Part shown: piece after piece, positions 57,652-64,000 of the stretch
Position numbering within the stretch: the stretch's first letter is position 1
How the letters are laid out: each line of letters begins with the position of its first letter
Source of the DNA: Eledone cirrhosa
Taxonomy: Eukaryota
Direction: 5' to 3'
Assembly (NCBI GenBank): GCA_964016885.1
Contig: OZ024761.1
Span: forward strand, 13,330,001 to 13,394,000
Length of the DNA: 64,000 nucleotides
Translations under genes and position numbers: made by a program
The notes under the pieces: generated by a model
What the model saw: only the letters and a program-made list of their open reading frames with translations
The model's database searches: none
What the model was told of the DNA's origin: nothing

Positions 57652-58062
57652 GGAGGTGAGTTTTATTGTAGTACAATAAAGCAATGCAGATATCGGATAA
57701 GAAGCACTCTACAGTTTGTAGGACTGGAGTATAAATAATATATAAGATCAAAAGATGGTTAAAAGAGTTCCATGTGTTTTATTATGCGTATTTCAAAAAC
57801 AAATATCATCATGCAATAACATTTGCGTTTTCGTCAGATAAAATAGGGAGACATGATATGAAGGTTAAAACACACTTGTGAATAGTGCAGTTTTAAATCA
57901 ACATATCAAGAGTGTTTTAAATCAATATATCGAGTGTGTTTTAACCTTCATATCATGTCTCCCTATTTTATCTGACGAAAACGCAAATGTTATTGCATGA
58001 TGATATTTGTTTTTGAAATGCGCATAATAAAACACATGGAACTCTTTTAACCATCTTTTGAT

Positions 58063-58066
<4 letters not shown>
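57648..58066 (-). mobile_element. Palindrome+tail HHR element, E group
   Basis: Arms ~57738-57877 and ~57932-58066. ttttat CTGACGA(57972) long stem II GAAA tgcgca TA ataaaa. Stem-loop at rc 57706-57730. Confidence 0.88.
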
Positions 58067-58117
<51 letters not shown>

Positions 58118-58120
<3 letters not shown>

Positions 58121-58345
58121 CATCATCATCATCATCATCATTTTACGTCAGCTTTTCCCTGCTTGCGTCCTTTTGTACGCAGGGAGAAGCCCTTCTTTGT
58201 CAACAGAGGAAGCAGCTCCCTAAACTTCTTCCAACCCGTTCTTTATTCTAGATACTATGACCTCGGAACCCCCCTCCCATGCTAATCTGATCACCTAGGT
58301 ACCGGAAGCTATCAACCACTTCTCTAGAACCCACCTGCATTGGAA
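58118..58345 (-). mobile_element. Internally deleted RTE-clade LINE fragment with (ATG)n tail
   Basis: The rc encodes VVDSFRYLGDQI..GGGSE..VSRI..ELLPLLTKKGFSLRTKG. (cat)n at 58118-58141. Confidence 0.7.
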
Positions 58346-58864
58346 AAATGAGTCTATCACAGCGATTACTACTGCCAACTTTCCCTGTAATCTACTGCAT
58401 ACGTAGTTTTCCCTAATGACTGTTACGTAACAGAGCTGAGCTGATATCACATTTAGAGAAGTGAGATAAGCAAACTTTAAACCGCATTACTGCATATAAA
58501 CATGCAGCAATGCCTTTTATACAATAGATGTAGAGTGGATATCACACTTAGAGAAGTGAGATAGCGTACGATATGACACTAGTATGGATTATTATTAACA
58601 TGGCCGTATATAGATATATTTTTTTCACTTTTTAAAATGATTGAAGCAATAACTGTGTTAAAATGATACGCATTTCTAATCGATACAATGCAGAAAGGTT
58701 ATCAATACACATGTATAACTTGTACAGGTATATCAACAGTCAAGGTGAAAAAGTGTGTGATAGCAAGTGATATAGAATGGTCCTCCGTCAGTTTCGACGA
58801 TGATATAAAACTGTTTGTTAAAGGTGTTTCTATTTACCTAAAAATACCTTCCACCACTATAGGT

Positions 58865-59030
58865 ATACAGTCCTGATGAAGGGAAATGACCCTGAAACAT
58901 GTTAGCTGTTCCTCGATGTATACTTTAGAAAATACTATTTGTTTTTAGCAGTTAAATCGAGTAGCAAAGAGGTATACGGTCCTGATGAAGGGTAATGACC
59001 CTGAAACATGTTGTCTGTTCCTTGATGCTA
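58865..59030 (+). ncRNA. Tandem pair of minimal type I hammerhead ribozymes, 109 nt apart (family H)
   Basis: acagtc CTGATGA(58873) aggg-aaatga-ccct GAAA catg TT agctgt, and acggtc CTGATGA(58982) aggg-taatga-ccct GAAA catg TT gtctgt. Confidence 0.85.
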
Positions 59031-59118
59031 CTGACTGTTAAACAAACATGACGATAGTCATCAAAACCAAAGCATAGCATAAGTGAGGCCGTTTGCTCAC
59101 AAATGAATCGAATATTAG

Positions 59119-59299
59119 CAGAAGTCTCCACTGCTACGGGTAGCTAACTCTGTGTTCTGATGGTGGTGAGTAGGGAGGTGGTCCTAGGGCCAAGGACACC
59201 AGAAGTCTCCACTGCTACGGGTAGCCCACTCTGTGTTCTGATGGTGGTGAGTAGGGAGGTGGTCCTAGGGCCAAGGACACCAGAAGTCTCCACTGCTAC
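59119..59299. repeat. ~81-bp tandem direct repeat, about 2.2 copies
   Basis: cagaagtctccactgctac recurs at 59119, 59200 and 59281. Confidence 0.9.
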
Positions 59300-59669
59300 A
59301 GGCTCGACCGCAAACTACTAAATTATTTTTATATAATGTCAATGGCTTTTCATGATATTGTGAGATTTTATTTCCAAGTACCATTGGCGATGTTCCTTCT
59401 CTGTCGGGAGAAAATGCTCTTACAAGAAGGTATTTGCGTTTTTTCTCCAACTTTATCAAGATCTGGCTTTGGGATTTCATTTTGTTTTATTCCTTCCATG
59501 GAAATATTGATTTTGATGGTAAATTTCAGTGTATTTAGTTTGTGTTGAGTTGAGTTGATGATGGGGAGGTCGTATCTTTGGCTTTGGAAATTTTCACTTA
59601 GGGGAAGATTGATTGTATATACACATACACACACACATACATACACATACATACACATACATATATACA

Positions 59670-60720
59670 TATATACTTAGATACAGGCAGGCACACACAC
59701 ACACACACACACATACATACATACACATATACTTAGATACAGGCAGGCACACACAGGCACACACACACACACACAGGCAGGCACACACAGGCACACACAC
59801 ACACACAGGCACACACACACACATACATACACATATACTTAGATACAGGCAGGCGCACACACACAGGCACACACATACATACACATATACTTAGATACAG
59901 GCAGGCACACACAGGCACACACACAGGCACACACAGACACACACAGGCACACACACAGACACACACAGGCACACACACACACATACATACACATATACTT
60001 AGATACAGGCAGGCACACACAGGCACACACACACAGGCGCACACACACACACATACATACTTAGATACAGGCAGGCACACAAACAGACACGCACAAAGGC
60101 ACATACAGGCACACACACACACACACACTTAGATACAGGCAGGCACACACAAGCACACACACAGGCACGCACACACACACACACAAGCACACACACAGGC
60201 ACGCACACACACACACAAGCACACAAACAGGCACGCACACACACACACACATACTTAGATACAGGCAGGAACACACGGACACACACACACATACACATAT
60301 ACTTAGATACAGGCAGGCACACACAGGCACACAAGCAGGCACACACACATACTTAGATACAGGCAGGCACACACAGGCACACAAGCAGGCACACACACAT
60401 ACTTAGATACAGGCAGGCACACACAGGCACACACACAGGCACGCACACACACACACTTAGATACAGGCAGGAACACACAGGCACACACACACACACACTT
60501 AGATACAGGAAGGCACACACAAGCACACACACATACACACACACATGCACACACACACAGGCATATAGACACACACACTTAGATACAGGCAGGCACACAC
60601 AAGCACACACACGCACACACACATACTTAGATACAGGCAGGCACACACATAGGCACACACACGCACACACACACTCACACGCACACACAAATGCACTCTC
60701 AAACACACACACACTCAGGC
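59670..60720. repeat. Minisatellite acttagatacaggcaggca(ca)n
   Basis: Direct. Confidence 0.9.
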
Positions 60721-61034
60721 ATGCACATGCGTGCACACCAACACACACATGTACAAAAGACAAAAAGAGAGACAGTCAGATGGGGGAAAAGAAAGAGGAG
60801 AGAAAGATAGAGTTGGAGAGAGTTAGATAGAGAGGCATGTGTATGTGTGTGTATATATATATATATGTATGTATGTATGTATATATATATATATGTATGT
60901 ATGTATGTATGTATATATATATATGTATATATATATGTATATATATATATGTATATGTATATATGTATATGCATATGTGTATATGTTTATATGTGTATAT
61001 ATATATATGTATATATATATATGTGTATATATAT

Positions 61035-61066
<32 letters not shown>

Positions 61067-61225
61067 GTATATTTATGTATATATGTGTATATATATATAT
61101 GTGTATATGTGTATATGTATGTATGTATGTGTGTATATGTATATGTATTTATGTGTATATGTATCTATGTGTATATATATGTATATGTATATATGTATAT
61201 ATGTGTGTGTGTATATATATATGTG

Positions 61226-61272
<47 letters not shown>

Positions 61273-61312
61273 ATGTATATATATGTGTATATATGTATAT
61301 ATATATATATAT

Positions 61313-61415
61313 AACGAAGGGAGTGTGGTAAGGAACCAGGTGGACCATAACGCACCGAAGTACTCAATACGTAGGGTAGTAGAGTGGGTAATAGGAAATT
61401 CCTATTACTTTCCTA
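61313..61415 (-). mobile_element. Family D tail with a tiny inverted arm
   Basis: Matches 28868-28950 and ends in gtaataggaaattcctattac. Confidence 0.75.
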
Positions 61416-61430
61416 TATATATATATATAC

Positions 61431-61502
<72 letters not shown>

Positions 61503-61504
<2 letters not shown>

Positions 61505-61616
61505 GTTATTCCGGGTTGAATCGGAGGTAACCACAGTAAGTAAGGTACTCAATACATTGCAGAGTATAAAAGTTTTAATATAGATGAGATTCTACAGGAC
61601 TAGAACTGTTTCATTC
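61503..61616 (-). mobile_element. Family A 3' half plus tail
   Basis: Matches the rc of 57010-57125. A shorter tail piece is at 17467-17500. Confidence 0.75.
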
Positions 61617-61667
61617 ATATGTATATATGTATATATATATATATATATATACATATGTATATATATA

Positions 61668-61715
<48 letters not shown>

Positions 61716-61790
61716 TTATATATATGTATATATATATGTATATATAGATACATATATATATATTTATATATATGTATATATATATGTATA

Positions 61791-61821
<31 letters not shown>

Positions 61822-61957
61822 TTATATATATGTATATATATATGTATATATAGATACATATATATATATTTATATATATGTATATATATATATGTATATA
61901 TATATATATAAATATATATATATATACATATATATTTATATATACACATATATACAC

Positions 61958-62026
<69 letters not shown>

Positions 62027-62261
62027 ATAGGGAGGGTGAGAGATGGAGAAGAGAGGATGTGAGAATGTGAGAATGTGAGAATGTGTTTAGAAAGCTTTTA
62101 TCGGAGGTAATTGAGAAAATATTTTATTATCAGAATGACGTGATGCGGTCGGTGGATGTTGTGCATAGATAGTTTCACAGGTGTATATATACATATATAT
62201 GTATATATATGTATATATATGTATATACATATATATAATTGTGAAAGTATCTATCTGTCTA

Positions 62262-62362
<101 letters not shown>

Positions 62363-62400
62363 GTATTGTATATGTATACAATCAAAAACACATGGTGGTA

Positions 62401-62540
<140 letters not shown>

Positions 62541-62582
62541 CACACAAACACATATATATATATGTATGTGTATATATATACA

Positions 62583-62645
<63 letters not shown>

Positions 62646-62806
62646 CACTAAACTAAGTCTTAATGCTTTCTGTTGCATTTGCGGCTAAAAAGAATACAAA
62701 GGAAAAAGAGAATAAATAGATTTTTAGTTTAGATTAGAAATTAGAAAGTGTGTGTGTATATATATATATATATATATGTATGTGTATATTTGTATAAATC
62801 TATATG

Positions 62807-62888
<82 letters not shown>

Positions 62889-62918
62889 TACACACAGGCA
62901 AACACACACATATATATG

Positions 62919-63070
<152 letters not shown>

Positions 63071-63227
63071 TACAGATACGTGTTATATATATATATATGT
63101 TTGTGTGTATATATATACCCACATAAATGCATACATCATCATTATCATCGTTTAACGTCCATCTTCCACACACACAGACACATATATGTGCGTTTATATA
63201 TATATATATATAAATATATATATAAAT

Positions 63228-63408
<181 letters not shown>

Positions 63409-63556
63409 TATACGCACACACACAAACACATAGACAAGCATATATCGTACAGACACATACATGTATGCAAATATACATATATACAAACAGACACATATAC
63501 ATACATACATACATATATATATACATATATATATACATATATATACATATATATAT

Positions 63557-63619
<63 letters not shown>

Positions 63620-63881
63620 CAAGAAAATGATAGAAATGATTTGCTAAGTCATGTGCAGGAAGTTAGTGGGTTGTGTGTCTTTTAGCAGACGACTGTAGAA
63701 GTTCTTGAACGCCTCTCAAACATGTAAACTTAACTGTTTGTAATATAATTATGCCTTATATGGAATCTAATGCTGTATCTGAACCTCTACATCTACTGTT
63801 TTATCTCAATCACATTTAGTTTGTTGTTGTTTTTTCCACCTCCCCCCGCCACTCACCACCTCTCTGTTTGTTATTGTCTTC

Positions 63882-63973
<92 letters not shown>

Positions 63974-64000
63974 AAAAATTGAACGGGAACAAAACAGAGA

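Noticed and set aside
56100-58110. (TA)n-separated unique islands as a CRISPR-like repeat-spacer array
   Set aside because: The separators are variable microsatellites and the islands are multicopy mobile-element ends of variable length.
59325-59612. Degenerate GIY-YIG-like fragment or host exon on the minus strand
   Set aside because: The resemblance is faint and there are several frameshifts and stops. It cannot be supported without a profile search.

Overview
This is a eukaryotic, extremely microsatellite-rich window with (TA)n, (CA)n, (GA)n, (ACC)n, (CACTA)n and several minisatellites. Its repeat content suggests an octopus or other cephalopod genome, which is an inference. Almost all ORFs in the supplied track are artefacts of simple repeats. 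Real coding-like sequence is limited to: (i) a degenerate Penelope-like retroelement (PLE; RT plus C-terminal GIY-YIG) at ~35635-39140 (-); (ii) a 5'-truncated CR1/L2-group LINE; (iii) small RTE and mariner fragments; (iv) a probable mucin-like exon of 27-bp PIHTTTKAP repeats at 1-3923 (+). There are also tRNA-derived SINEs, MITEs, Helitron ends and a TRIM-like LTR pair. The main signal is about 25 short (40-750 bp) islands of unique sequence embedded in (TA)n. They belong to about 10 unrelated sequence families. Most are long palindromes plus a one-sided tail and carry a minimal type I hammerhead ribozyme (HHR). One family is demonstrably the 3' end of the full-length PLE. Across the families the tail begins with a conserved, covarying bulged stem-loop (RCTC-stem-loop-TN-GAGY), lying about 3-8 nt beyond the point where the inverted arm ends. 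This is a candidate cis signal for (TA)n-targeted reverse transcription. All structures were folded by eye and no database search was run.
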